DNA of 64,000 nucleotides from an uncultured delta proteobacterium (GCA_963754925.1 CAVWHX010000007.1:32001-96000), one strand, 5' to 3'. Positions 29,147 through 39,394 are shown, numbered from the stretch's first letter. Notes: a model not told the origin generated them from the letters alone. Translations and numbers: made by a program.

Positions 29147-30832
29147 TTACTGGGATAGATCGATGTTAAGCACTTCGGCGCTTGAGGCGACTTGGTCATT
29201 TGAGAAAGTAGCCGTATTTGTCGATGTACCACCGACGAGAATCAAGCGCCCATCAGGCAGCAGCGATGCGGTGTGCCCGGTCCGCGGCATGCGCATGGGA
29301 GGACCGCTGTATATTGTGTAATTGCCAGGAGCAGCGCACGTCGAAGGATTTGAATTATTTGGAATAAGGTAGAACGTACTTCCCGGCGGTGTTGAATCTC
29401 CTCCCGCCACGAATACCTTGCCGACGGCCGTGCCTGATGGGTTGGGTATTGGCGTTGCTGTATAACCGGTGGTAGGGAACCCAGTCACACCAGAAGGTAA
29501 TGTCAACCCACACTGTACCCATGACGTCGTTCCTGGCCTGTATTCAATATAAACTACCTGAGGAACACCCGACAATCCGCCAAAAAATAATGCCGCTTTA
29601 TTCGCAGGTGCAATCCCATACGCGGGTATCTTCACACCAAGCGGATGATTACGAAGCGGTAACGCCAGGGAACTTTCGGTAAAGAAAAAAGTTGTAGCTA
29701 TGTTCGGATCTTGATTCAATAAACCAACATTTGAGGAGGAAGCTGCACTTCCATACAATAAGGTGTCCACCACAGTTGCAGGGGTGACGGTAAATGGATC
29801 TTGTGTCGTTGGAACCACTAAAGTCTCCGTAATAGTAGATTCAGCCAAGTTAGCTCCCGAAAGCAAAACCGTGGGATTTGAGCCATCGTTTATCAAGATT
29901 TGACTGCCTTGTAATACTGTCGCTTCGTGTCCGACACGTCCGTTGGTTAAGGAGCCGACATCCGTAACTGATACCTGATTGTAAACCTGCGTGGGATCGT
30001 ACGGTTGAGTCATCTTTGCTCCGTCTATAACAGTGATAGTTTTGAGAGGGGCAGGAAGGAGGCAAAAGCAAAGTGGTGGTGGTGGTGGGCATCCGCAGAC
30101 AAAATAGGGTCTGCCCCCTACTATTACAACCCGGCCATCACTCAACAGCGATGCGGTGTGGTTATCAATATGGAGCGTTTCTGTCGTAGTAGGGGTTGGT
30201 TGTATCGGAAGGAAACTTTGGTTGTAAGGATCAATCAGAAAAGCCGCTGTCGTAATGGTAGTCGGAAGAGCGCTGCCGGAGCCGACCACCATCACGTGGC
30301 CGCTGGGAAATAGCGTGGCGGTATGGCCTTGGGCAGGGAACGGCATTTTTTCACAAGAGGTTACGACGCTATTTGCCAACGTCATAAATTCATTTCCATC
30401 CCATGTCGTCGAAGTTGATGTAAGTCCCACCAACCTAAAAAACGGGATCGATATGGCATTGTCCTTGGTCGGATCGAGTTTGACAGGGTATGAAACACCT
30501 TGAGCTTTGGGCACGTTACTTGAGAGCCCCGTGACCACAATCCTCACAGTCGCACCGGACCCGAGATCCTGAATCAACTTTTTTACATCAACTTTATATG
30601 CAGCATTTTGGATCGTTTCGGAACATAACGGTTGGCCGTACACTGAGTTGTCTGCGGCATTAAGAATCGACAAGCAATATTGAGTGATACCGGTTACCAA
30701 GGTATTATACTCTCCGGAGTCGCATCCACTCACGATCTGCATGCTGAGTTTGACATCGACCGACTTACCGCAGTCAAGCACCATTCCCAGCAAAAAAATT
30801 ACTAACGCACCCTGCGCAAAAAAGTATTTCAT
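29147..30832 (-). CDS. Exported Kelch-repeat beta-propeller protein
   Basis: Signal/lipo-like N-terminus after a GGAGG RBS. Repeats GHTATLFPSGHVMVVG, NHTASLLSDGRVVIVGG, RTGHTASLLPDGRLILVGG. T/P/S-rich. Confidence 0.8.
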   Translation of the reverse strand: MKYFFAQGALVIFLLGMVLDCGKSVDVKLSMQIVSGCDSGEYNTLVTGITQYCLSILNAADNSVYGQPLCSETIQNAAYKVDVKKLIQDLGSGATVRIVVTGLSSNVPKAQGVSYPVKLDPTKDNAISIPFFRLVGLTSTSTTWDGNEFMTLANSVVTSCEKMPFPAQGHTATLFPSGHVMVVGSGSALPTTITTAAFLIDPYNQSFLPIQPTPTTTETLHIDNHTASLLSDGRVVIVGGRPYFVCGCPPPPPLCFCLLPAPLKTITVIDGAKMTQPYDPTQVYNQVSVTDVGSLTNGRVGHEATVLQGSQILINDGSNPTVLLSGANLAESTITETLVVPTTQDPFTVTPATVVDTLLYGSAASSSNVGLLNQDPNIATTFFFTESSLALPLRNHPLGVKIPAYGIAPANKAALFFGGLSGVPQVVYIEYRPGTTSWVQCGLTLPSGVTGFPTTGYTATPIPNPSGTAVGKVFVAGGDSTPPGSTFYLIPNNSNPSTCAAPGNYTIYSGPPMRMPRTGHTASLLPDGRLILVGGTSTNTATFSNDQVASSAEVLNIDLSQ

Positions 30833-30962
30833 GCTAAGATACCTCCAAGGAACTCCTGTGTACATTCTCTGGTACGCTAACCGATCGATGCCGTTGGTGT
30901 CAAACCCAAATACGCGAGATCGGCCGCAACCCCTCAGAGGGGAGAAAAGCATACATCAACAT

Positions 30963-30992
30963 TTGACGCTGTAATGGTCTATTTGGTAGCAT
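30963..30992 (+). promoter_or_regulatory. Putative sigma70 promoter of the kinase gene
   Basis: TTGACG-N18-TAGCAT with TG extended -10, upstream of a GAGGAG RBS and ATG 31022. Confidence 0.45.
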
Positions 30993-31021
30993 GGAGTGAT
31001 AGGTGAGGAGTCATCATTTCA

Positions 31022-33217
31022 ATGAACCAATCGAATAATGATGTTCTCCCGCGCGTTTTCGGCAAATACCATTTGATCGAGCGCATTGCGACCGGCGGTA
31101 TGGCCGAGCTCTTCCGGGCCAAGTTGTACGGCGCGGGCGGATTTGAAAAAGATCTGGCCATCAAGAAGGTGCTCCCGCACCTTGTTACCGACACCGCCTT
31201 TGTCCAAATGTTCATGGACGAGGCCATGATCACGGTCACGCTCAATCATGGCAACATCGTATCGGTGATGGACTTTGGAGAAATCGACGGCGAGTACTAC
31301 CTCGTCATGGAATTCGTCGACGGCGTCGATTTGCAGAGCCTCATCCGCCGCTCCAACGATACCAATACTCCCTTTCCGACATCGATCGCCTGCCATATTG
31401 CCCAAGAAATCTGCAGAGGGTTGGACTACGCCCACCGGAAGGTTGGCGCCGACGGAAGGCCGCTCAATATTGTCCATCGGGACATCAGCCCCCAGAACAT
31501 CCTCATCTCGTTCGAGGGCGAGGTGAAAATCGCCGACTTCGGCATCGCCCGGGCCGCTTCGCGCATCACTTCCACCCAAGCGGGAGTGCTCAAGGGCAAA
31601 GTCGCCTACATGAGTCCCGAGCAGTTGATGGGCCAACCCGTGGATAACCGTAGCGATATATTTGCCGTCGCGAACATTCTTTACGAGATGCTCACGAACC
31701 ACCGGCCTTTCGAGGGTTCTACCCCCCACGAAACCATGGCTCTGATCACCCGCGGGGTATATACCAAACCGAACAAATACAACAGTAAGATTCCGAAACG
31801 GCTGTCCGCGGTAATAACCAAGGCCCTAGAAAAGAATCTCAAGAAGCGCTACCGCACCGCCGGCGAAATGGCCGCAGATATAGCGGCCTTTCTCCACGAT
31901 GAACGACTGTATCTGGACGCCTCCACGGTGGCCGCCTTCATTTCGACCCGGTTGCCGGATTCGCGCCCCAAAACGGTGCAACCCACCCCCATTCGCACCA
32001 TCCGGCGTGAAACCCATGCGCTCGAATCAACCCCGATATCAAAAGCACCCAAACAGCCCCGTGGAAATTCCCCGGCTTTCGCTGCGCCGGTTGCGCAGAA
32101 TTTTCCGGAATCGGCCGCGCCGCAGGCGAGAACCGTTACGGCCATAGAAGCCGTCTCAGCTGCGCAGTCCCCCCAGGGAGGTGACGCGGCGGCCATGCGA
32201 AACGGCGAGGCGGTATCGTTCGATGTTTTAGGTCTGCCCCAATATTCGCTTGAAGCCAACGACTCCAAGCGACCGACCGCGCCGACCATGGAAGCTGTTT
32301 CAAACGAATCACCCATGGCCGGGCCGTATACCGGCTCCGAGACGAGCATCATGCAGTCCGCCGATGCGCAGCCGGAAGCTGCCGAGGTCTCACAGCCGCA
32401 TGCTCAAACGATGCTGATGAATGAGCCCCATGCGCCGGATCAGGGTGCTATCCCGGAACAACTGTCTCCAGCGAGAACCGCTGCGCTCGCGGACAACCGT
32501 ACCGTTATCGGGGAAGGGCTGGAACTTGATGACGCGGCGCTTGAACATGCGGCTGGATTGAGGAAACCGAGGCCTAACAAGCTCGTATTGGGTGGCGTGG
32601 GCGCGGCTGTTGTGGGGGTCGTCGCGTTGATCATAGTACTCGCATCGTCAAACAAAACGAAACAAACGTCATCAGACGTTAGCGATAAAACCGCGGCGAC
32701 GACGCTTGCGGATAAACCGAAATTGCCGGATATAGGCAGTCAAAAGCACCTTGAAACACCTGAAACCGGTACCGCCGATACGGAGCCTCTAAAAAATTCG
32801 GGAGGTTCCCCGAGCGTCGATGCGTCAGTCGGAAAAACAGCGATCGATACTGAAAAACCATCTGTCGAGGAAAAAAAACCTACTGCTCGACGCGATGTTG
32901 ACGAACCTAAACTAGTAGAAACCAAGCCGCCTCATAATGTTTTAAAACCAACGCTGGCCGCATCCAGCCCGCGCATTGAACCCGCGCCTAAAGCCCCGGC
33001 CGGCAAACCGGGCATCTTGCGTATCAACGCCGAGCCGTTCGCCATCGTGTTTATCAATAATAAGCGGATCGGAGCCACCCCTCAAATGAATATCGAGCTT
33101 CCGGCCGGCAGTCATACCATTGTCCTCAAGAACGACGCCCTGGGAATTACGAAACGAGTGGGTGTTCGGATCGAGTCAGGCAAGGTGCAGACGCTGTTTG
33201 TCGATCTTAGCAAATAA
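31022..33217 (+). CDS. Ser/Thr protein kinase (Hanks type) + TM + PEGA domain
   Basis: IATGGMAELF, AIKK, HRDISPQN, DFG, KGKVAYMSPEQ, TM helix, C-terminal PEGA. Confidence 0.95.
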   Translation: MNQSNNDVLPRVFGKYHLIERIATGGMAELFRAKLYGAGGFEKDLAIKKVLPHLVTDTAFVQMFMDEAMITVTLNHGNIVSVMDFGEIDGEYYLVMEFVDGVDLQSLIRRSNDTNTPFPTSIACHIAQEICRGLDYAHRKVGADGRPLNIVHRDISPQNILISFEGEVKIADFGIARAASRITSTQAGVLKGKVAYMSPEQLMGQPVDNRSDIFAVANILYEMLTNHRPFEGSTPHETMALITRGVYTKPNKYNSKIPKRLSAVITKALEKNLKKRYRTAGEMAADIAAFLHDERLYLDASTVAAFISTRLPDSRPKTVQPTPIRTIRRETHALESTPISKAPKQPRGNSPAFAAPVAQNFPESAAPQARTVTAIEAVSAAQSPQGGDAAAMRNGEAVSFDVLGLPQYSLEANDSKRPTAPTMEAVSNESPMAGPYTGSETSIMQSADAQPEAAEVSQPHAQTMLMNEPHAPDQGAIPEQLSPARTAALADNRTVIGEGLELDDAALEHAAGLRKPRPNKLVLGGVGAAVVGVVALIIVLASSNKTKQTSSDVSDKTAATTLADKPKLPDIGSQKHLETPETGTADTEPLKNSGGSPSVDASVGKTAIDTEKPSVEEKKPTARRDVDEPKLVETKPPHNVLKPTLAASSPRIEPAPKAPAGKPGILRINAEPFAIVFINNKRIGATPQMNIELPAGSHTIVLKNDALGITKRVGVRIESGKVQTLFVDLSK

Positions 33218-33268
33218 ATAGTCGTCCCTGAAAAAGTCACCATTAGGTCATTTCAAATATCTCAATAA

Positions 33269-33334
33269 GTCATTCCCGCGTAGGCGGGAATCCAGAAGAG
33301 ACACACTCTGGACCCCCGCCTTCGCGGGGGTGAC
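33269..33334. repeat. REP/dRS3-like palindromic element (inverted pair)
   Basis: GTCATTCCCGCGTAGGCGGGAATCCAG…CTGGACCCCCGCCTTCGCGGGGGTGAC, containing ATTCCC-N8-GGGAAT. Lies between convergent genes. A second copy is at 41282. Confidence 0.85.
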
Positions 33335-33399
33335 TAATATCGTATTTTCAGAATTTAAGGTCGCTGTAACCTTTTCTTTCTTGTTGTTTTGAAAATTAA

Positions 33400-36099
33400 C
33401 TAGTTGGTCGATGCCAGCCGGCCGCGTAATGCCTTAAGTTCGACTTCCAAGAGCGTTAGTTCCTTCTCCAGCTGTGAGCGCAAGGAGGCTGCTTGTTCGA
33501 AATCCTCGCTCGCAGGGATCGACAGCTCAAGCTTCTTTGCCAGTTCCATCGCCGTACGCGCCCCGAAATTGCCAACCGAGCCTTTGAGGGAATGCGCGGC
33601 GCGACCCAACGCCCGACCATCTCGGGCAGACAATGCTTTGTCGACGTCGGCGCGCAGGAGCGGCAGCTGCTGAAAGAGCAGGTCTATCAACTCACAGGCA
33701 AGTTGCGGATCGCCTCCGGCGCGAAGCATAAACGCCGCCTCGTCAATCTTGGCACCAGTCGCCGGCGCAACGGTCGAGCCTGGCGCGTGCGCATTATCCA
33801 TCCCAAAGCCTGTGCCGGAGTTGTCAGCATGAGCGAAGGCTGCCGGATCGTCTGTGTGGATTGGTTTCTCGTCACGTTCCATGGCGCGAATTTCCCGTTG
33901 GGAAGGTGCGGTTAACAGGGATACCAGCGCTTCTTGCAGTCGCCGCAGCTTGGGCGGCTTAACCAACCAGGTTGCCTGTTCAACTTCGTGTGCCGTGCTT
34001 TGCCGCACCAACTCGTTGGTTGAGGCGAGAAATATCAAACCAACGGTGCGGTAACCTTCCGTAGTCGCCAGTTTATGAGCAAAGTCTGTCGACGGCATAT
34101 CGGTCAAGCCCGCATCTGCGATGACCACGTTGAATGTTTTTCCGCTCTGGATACTTTGATCAATCGCAGCCGCGGCGGCCAGGCCGCTTTCGGCCGAAAA
34201 CACCTCAAGTCCCCACGATTCGAGCAGTTCAGCAAGGATAGCGCGGCTGACGGCGTTATCGTCCACCACTAACACCCGGACGCCGTGCAAATTGGGAACC
34301 TCGGAGGTGAACCGGCTGGGCCGTGCTTGCGCTTGGAGACGAACCGTAAACCTAAAGGTGGTTCCGTGCCCGACCTGGCTCTCGAGCCAAATGCGACCTC
34401 CCATCATCTTGACGAGGCGCGACGAGATCGCGAGGCCCAATCCAGCACCGCGATAGCGGCGCGTAGCGGAACTATCGACTTGCGTGAATGGTTCAAAAAT
34501 AACCTGGTGCTTTTCAAGCGGGATGCCGATGCCGGTGTCGCGGACAGAAAACTGCAGCAGCAGTTTCTGATCCAATGCCTCTACTAACGCCACCTCAACA
34601 ACTATTTCTCCCTGATTGGTAAACTTGATCGCGTTGTCAACCAGATTGAGGATCACCTGACGCAGACGGCGAACATCGCCAAGCAGATTATCGGGAACGT
34701 CCTTTGGCACGTGGTAGCAGAGTTCCAGGCCTTTGGTATGGGCGCGCACGGCCACCATCGTCAGAGTCTCCGCCAAGCTGTCACGGAGGCTAAATTCCAT
34801 CTGCATGAGATCAAGTTTGCCGGCCTCCATGCGTGAGAAATCGAGCAGCTCGCTAATCATTTCCAGCAGACTCTGCGCTGAGGTTCTGACGGTTTCGATG
34901 TATTCGCCTTGTTCGTGGGTTGGATTGGACTCGAGCATCAGATCGCTCATGCCGACGATGGCATTCAACGGCGTGCGGATCTCATGACTGACATTCGCGA
35001 GGATCTCTGATTTGGTAATGGTGGCGACCTCTGCTTCGCGAGCGAGGCGCTTGGCCTCATCAATAGCCTGACCCAACAGGCGGTTATTCTCGACCAGCTC
35101 TTGATGCCGGGATTCGATCGCCTTCTTCTGGGTGAAGAATTGTTCGATCAACCGCGCCAGATCGCCGAACTCGCCGTCTCTGTTAGTTAGCGTGCTCATC
35201 AAGCCGACATCTCCGGAGTCCAGCGCCGCTGATAGTTGGTACAATGGGTTACGAATCCATCGGTTGAGAAGAATGGTCATTATCAACAAAAGAAAAACCG
35301 CAAAACCCGCCATTAATAAGAACAGTACCTGTGAAATGTGCCGAGATTCAGCAACCGCTCGGGAATCCACCCTTCCCACGACCCTACCGATATTTCTTCC
35401 ATCCGGTCCTGGTAATATCTTTGAAAAGCTGACCGCACCTACCGGGTTTGCGGAATCAACGGCCGCTTTTTCTCCGGCCGAACCTCGTTGGAGCTCGATG
35501 GTACTCCCCGTGAGGATGGAGAGCTCTGTCAGAAATTCCTGGTTCAGGAGACGAGCAACGAACAGATATCCTAAAGGCTGCGCTGTGTCCTCGTGGTCGT
35601 GGGATAGTTGAATCGAAGCGCCCCAAATCTCGAGCATCCCTAAAGAATTATCCAAATAAAAATGGCAGAAGTGATCTCGATCAAGAACACGCCGAACAGA
35701 CGGGTCTTCGAAAAGCCGTGTCTGCAACGGAACACCATCGCTCATGAGCGAGTACACTTGTTGGTAAGATCGGTCTAGCACCCAAAAAGCCTTGGCATGA
35801 TGCGTTTTGAGAACCAAGCCGATCTTCTGTCTTAACTGGGTGGGATTGTGGTTGTTGGCGGAATCCAAGAGTTCATCGCTCTGGGAATAATTCCGGACCA
35901 GTTGTTCCAGGGAAGCACCCTTGAGCTGAAGTATCTGATCAAGAAGAATAGTTTTTTCTTTTTCGGCGGCACGTATGAATTGATTTTCTCGACTCTTCTC
36001 TGAGACCTGAATGAGCAGTATGCCGGCAAAAAGCACAGCGACCATAAAAAACAGCAATAATAATAACTTGGTTTGGACGCTCATGGGCGTAACTTCCAA
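33400..36099 (-). CDS. Hybrid sensor histidine kinase (CHASE4-like sensor, HisKA, HATPase, REC, Hpt)
   Basis: Two TMs, SHEIRTPLN, NLVDNAIKFT, DTGIG, GLGLAI, VLVVDDN receiver, AAHSLKGS Hpt. Confidence 0.95.
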   Translation of the reverse strand: MEVTPMSVQTKLLLLLFFMVAVLFAGILLIQVSEKSRENQFIRAAEKEKTILLDQILQLKGASLEQLVRNYSQSDELLDSANNHNPTQLRQKIGLVLKTHHAKAFWVLDRSYQQVYSLMSDGVPLQTRLFEDPSVRRVLDRDHFCHFYLDNSLGMLEIWGASIQLSHDHEDTAQPLGYLFVARLLNQEFLTELSILTGSTIELQRGSAGEKAAVDSANPVGAVSFSKILPGPDGRNIGRVVGRVDSRAVAESRHISQVLFLLMAGFAVFLLLIMTILLNRWIRNPLYQLSAALDSGDVGLMSTLTNRDGEFGDLARLIEQFFTQKKAIESRHQELVENNRLLGQAIDEAKRLAREAEVATITKSEILANVSHEIRTPLNAIVGMSDLMLESNPTHEQGEYIETVRTSAQSLLEMISELLDFSRMEAGKLDLMQMEFSLRDSLAETLTMVAVRAHTKGLELCYHVPKDVPDNLLGDVRRLRQVILNLVDNAIKFTNQGEIVVEVALVEALDQKLLLQFSVRDTGIGIPLEKHQVIFEPFTQVDSSATRRYRGAGLGLAISSRLVKMMGGRIWLESQVGHGTTFRFTVRLQAQARPSRFTSEVPNLHGVRVLVVDDNAVSRAILAELLESWGLEVFSAESGLAAAAAIDQSIQSGKTFNVVIADAGLTDMPSTDFAHKLATTEGYRTVGLIFLASTNELVRQSTAHEVEQATWLVKPPKLRRLQEALVSLLTAPSQREIRAMERDEKPIHTDDPAAFAHADNSGTGFGMDNAHAPGSTVAPATGAKIDEAAFMLRAGGDPQLACELIDLLFQQLPLLRADVDKALSARDGRALGRAAHSLKGSVGNFGARTAMELAKKLELSIPASEDFEQAASLRSQLEKELTLLEVELKALRGRLASTN

Positions 36100-36226
36100 C
36101 GTCTACCCAACGGTGATCGCACGATATCTCCCCGATTGAACGCTATCGCCACTTTTTTTTACAATCGACGGCAACCACGGAGAGTAGTCACTATCTTCCT
36201 CCTTAACAGCCCTCTGTCAAATTAAC

Positions 36227-36763
36227 TTAGTGGCACCTCCCCCCTAAGGCTTGTTGAATCGCCTTTTCAAGAGTGGCATACGTCGTAAGTCCAGCAAACA
36301 CGTCCAACACCCGTCCATTTCTGCCAATAACTACGAGCAAGGGAACATAGTCTATTTTACCGATCGGTGAACGCCCTTCTCTCATATCTTTGTCTGCCAA
36401 AGCTACCGGATAGGGAATTCCCATCCCGGCCACAAAAGGTTGTACAACTTTTGCGCCGAGATCGTCCAAGGCAATGCCCACCATTGCCAGTCCGCAGGGG
36501 TGATAGGACTGATATAGCCGAATATAGGTCGGTATAATGATCGATGTAGATTGCGACCAGGTTGCAAAAAAATCTAGCAACAACAATTGGTTGTGGTAGT
36601 TCGCCAGTATAATAGGTTTGCCATCCAGGCCTATCAAGTGAATTGCTGCAATATCAAGAGGATGTTCTTTACGTGTTTCGCTCGACGAACCTGCGCATCC
36701 TACCGTACTGAGCGCTACCAATAGGATAATCGCCCGCATAATGCTTGTTCGAAACATAGGCAT
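36227..36763 (-). CDS. TlpA/thioredoxin-like lipoprotein lacking the CxxC motif
   Basis: Lipobox TVGC. LLDFFATWSQST replaces WCxxC. MVGIALD, IPYPVAL, VPLLVVIGRNG. Confidence 0.78.
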   Translation of the reverse strand: MPMFRTSIMRAIILLVALSTVGCAGSSSETRKEHPLDIAAIHLIGLDGKPIILANYHNQLLLLDFFATWSQSTSIIIPTYIRLYQSYHPCGLAMVGIALDDLGAKVVQPFVAGMGIPYPVALADKDMREGRSPIGKIDYVPLLVVIGRNGRVLDVFAGLTTYATLEKAIQQALGGRCH

Positions 36764-36934
36764 GCTTTACTACTTAATCCTTGATTGCGCAAATAGAATC
36801 CCGGAGTATCCCGCTCAGAAACTTGTGTCCGGCTAATCAGCCGCGTTAGAATAAAGAAAGCATATATAAGTGTTCAATTGGTGACCATATTGATGCCGCG
36901 ACTCGATCTCATCAACTACTAAAGAGGTGAATTC

Positions 36935-38359
36935 ATGGCTTTGGCAACAGCAAAGCTTGATAAGCTGCAACACGGTCGGAATGCCATCCTACTCATACTT
37001 GGACATTTCCTGCTGGTGGCATTAGGAACAAGCCTGGTGGTCGCGCTACCGCGTACAGCCCATGCTCAGGAAATACTTATTAAACGGTTCACCGATCTTA
37101 CGGGAAAGGCAAAATTTGGCCAGAAAGCCCAAATGGAGCTGGTCAATGCCCTCACGCGCAAGGGTGCAACCCTTAAAGACACCAAGCAATACTTGAATCT
37201 TGCGAAAAAGAAAAAAATTCCAGCCAATGAAGCGTTTCTCGGACCAAATATTAAAAGACTTGCTAAGGCGCTAAATATTACCGGCGTTGTGTTGGGCAAG
37301 GCAGCTGTTGAAAAAAGAAAATTCAAACTAGCTCTCAATGTTTTTAATAAACGTGGCAACCTGGTATTAAAAAAGATCTTTGTGACGCAGAACCCTGAAT
37401 TGACGCCCGAAGCGGCCGATAATATTTTGGTCCAGATATATACACGGCTTGGAATCGTCGAACGTCCTCAACCAGCGCCTGAACAACCCGCAGTAACCCA
37501 ACCCCCCGAGATCGAGGCTCCGGCCACGGGGCCTACCGAAAGCACGTTGCCGAGCTGGGCTCGCAAAGAGACAACACCAGCGGTTGCCCCGCCGCCGGCT
37601 CCGCCGGTCGCCCCCCCACCGTCCCCCGCTCAAGAGGCCGAGGCAACCGCCAAGCCAACTGAACAGCGGGAAAAGGGTTCTGTTTCTGATGTGTTATTGA
37701 CGGCCGGCATAGGGGTCAGCTTGCGCAACGCCCATTTGGCGATAAGTTCAACCGAGGGGTTTATTAATTCAAATGCCTTCCCCAGTTTCAAAATCGACGG
37801 CCGTTTTATGCTTGGTGCTTTGACCGATGTTCCTTTTTTAAAGGACCTGGGAATTGGAAGCTCGTTCAATATGAGTCTCGGGCTTAAATACAGTCCAACT
37901 GATGGGACGGCCGGTGCACCATGGGATGCGCATCAATACCAATGGCATGTCGAGGCCATCTATCGACTTGCTTTCAATAGTGTTTTGCTTCAGCCGGCGT
38001 TTCTGTTGCGGGTAGGTTATGGGATGACTATCAGCTCGATAGAAAATAGCTACATGAATGTATTGTACAAATATCCCTTTGCTGCAATTGATGTTTACTT
38101 AATGCTATGGAAGCCGTACCTGCGGTTTTTCGTTTCTCCGGGTATTATGTTTGCGGTTCAGTCTGAAAAGAACGTCCCCAGCTCAGGCAATGGAAGCTTA
38201 GGTTTTTCGCTTTCAACAGGTTTCGAACTGCAACTCTTCAAGTATCTCGCGATCGGCGTGGGTTACGATCTCAGTCAATTCTTGATTAAGCTTCAAGGCG
38301 GCGGCAGTACCTCCGATGTCTATCAAACCTTTTTCCTTCGTGCAGGTGTGACGTTTTAG
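36935..38359 (+). CDS. Exported protein with Pro-rich linker and probable C-terminal outer-membrane beta-barrel
   Basis: Signal peptide (AHA-Q), basic N-domain, Pro-rich linker, amphipathic strands, terminal …RAGVTF. Confidence 0.65.
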   Translation: MALATAKLDKLQHGRNAILLILGHFLLVALGTSLVVALPRTAHAQEILIKRFTDLTGKAKFGQKAQMELVNALTRKGATLKDTKQYLNLAKKKKIPANEAFLGPNIKRLAKALNITGVVLGKAAVEKRKFKLALNVFNKRGNLVLKKIFVTQNPELTPEAADNILVQIYTRLGIVERPQPAPEQPAVTQPPEIEAPATGPTESTLPSWARKETTPAVAPPPAPPVAPPPSPAQEAEATAKPTEQREKGSVSDVLLTAGIGVSLRNAHLAISSTEGFINSNAFPSFKIDGRFMLGALTDVPFLKDLGIGSSFNMSLGLKYSPTDGTAGAPWDAHQYQWHVEAIYRLAFNSVLLQPAFLLRVGYGMTISSIENSYMNVLYKYPFAAIDVYLMLWKPYLRFFVSPGIMFAVQSEKNVPSSGNGSLGFSLSTGFELQLFKYLAIGVGYDLSQFLIKLQGGGSTSDVYQTFFLRAGVTF

Positions 38360-38476
38360 AGGCTCTTACGAGCGCAGCGAGTTAGAGCCTCTTACCCCCG
38401 AAGGGGGCTAGAGTATCTAACCCCCTGACGGGGGTAAGGGACTGTAACGCTCGCTGCGCTCGCTAACAGTCCCTAA
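38356..38476. repeat. Inverted pair of the two-hairpin YTAG-bounded element
   Basis: TTAG-AGGCTC…GAGCCTCTTA-CCCCCGAAGGGGG-CTAG, spacer AGTAT, then CTAA-CCCCCTGACGGGGG-TAAGGGACTGT…ACAGTCC-CTAA. Same architecture as the 10238 array. Confidence 0.88.
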
Positions 38477-39394
38477 AAACTCCCGGGCATTCGCCGTCAA
38501 CGTATCAACATCAACCGGTGCATCCCACCAGTTAAGTTCGGGCACCGCTTTAAACCAAGTCAATTGACGTCGCGCGTAGCGTCGATGGGCGCGTTGAATG
38601 ACCGCATACGTCTCATCCCAGGGCCGTTCGCCATCGAGGTAGGAATTTAGTTCGCGGTACCCGACGACTCGGAGCGCCGGAGCCGCACTCAGCCCTTCAC
38701 GCCGAAGCCGTTTCACCTCTTCGAGCCAACCCGCGTCGAGCATGCGGTCGACGCGCTCGTTGATACGCCCATAGAGTTCTGCGCGAGGCCAGCGGGGAGC
38801 AACCTGCCAGGCGCGAAAGGCTCGCTGCGCAAAACCGTGTTCGCGCTGCACCAGCGTTATCGGCCGACCGGTTAGTTCGTAGACCTCAAGCGCGCGCATG
38901 ATGCGCAGCCGGTCTCCCGGCCGCAGCCGAGCGGCTGCATCGGGATCAACCTCCAACAGCCGCCTGAATAGACACCCGGGCTCTTGATTTTCTTCAGCCT
39001 CTAAACGTGATCTTAAGAGTTCGTTCGTTCGTGGCGTTTCTATCAGACCGTGCAGCAAGGCACGCAGGTACAAACCGGTACCGCCGACCACTATCGGAAC
39101 CTTGCCGCGCGATCGAATATCGGCAATGACGGCGAGAGCCATACTACAAAACTTGGCTGCGCTGAAGCGCTCGGCCGGCGAACATACGTCGATGAGATGA
39201 TAGGCAACCAGGCGACGCATAGCCACGGTCGGCTTGGCGGTGCCGATGTCCAATCCGCGATAGATCTTCCGTGAGTCGGCCGAGATCAGCTCACCGCCAA
39301 GTTTCACGGCAAGGTGGCGGGCCAGCTCGCCCTTACCCGATCCGGTCGGGCCCGCGATCACCAGTATTTTCGGCAGCGGCTCAGCCACGTCCAA
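38417..39394 (-). CDS. miaA: tRNA dimethylallyltransferase
   Basis: GPTGSGK, SADSRKIYRGLDIGTAKP, VGGTGLY, RALEVY, YARRQLTWF. Directly downstream of mutL. Confidence 0.96.
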   Translation of the reverse strand: MDVAEPLPKILVIAGPTGSGKGELARHLAVKLGGELISADSRKIYRGLDIGTAKPTVAMRRLVAYHLIDVCSPAERFSAAKFCSMALAVIADIRSRGKVPIVVGGTGLYLRALLHGLIETPRTNELLRSRLEAEENQEPGCLFRRLLEVDPDAAARLRPGDRLRIMRALEVYELTGRPITLVQREHGFAQRAFRAWQVAPRWPRAELYGRINERVDRMLDAGWLEEVKRLRREGLSAAPALRVVGYRELNSYLDGERPWDETYAVIQRAHRRYARRQLTWFKAVPELNWWDAPVDVDTLTANAREFLGTVSERSERYSPLPPSGG

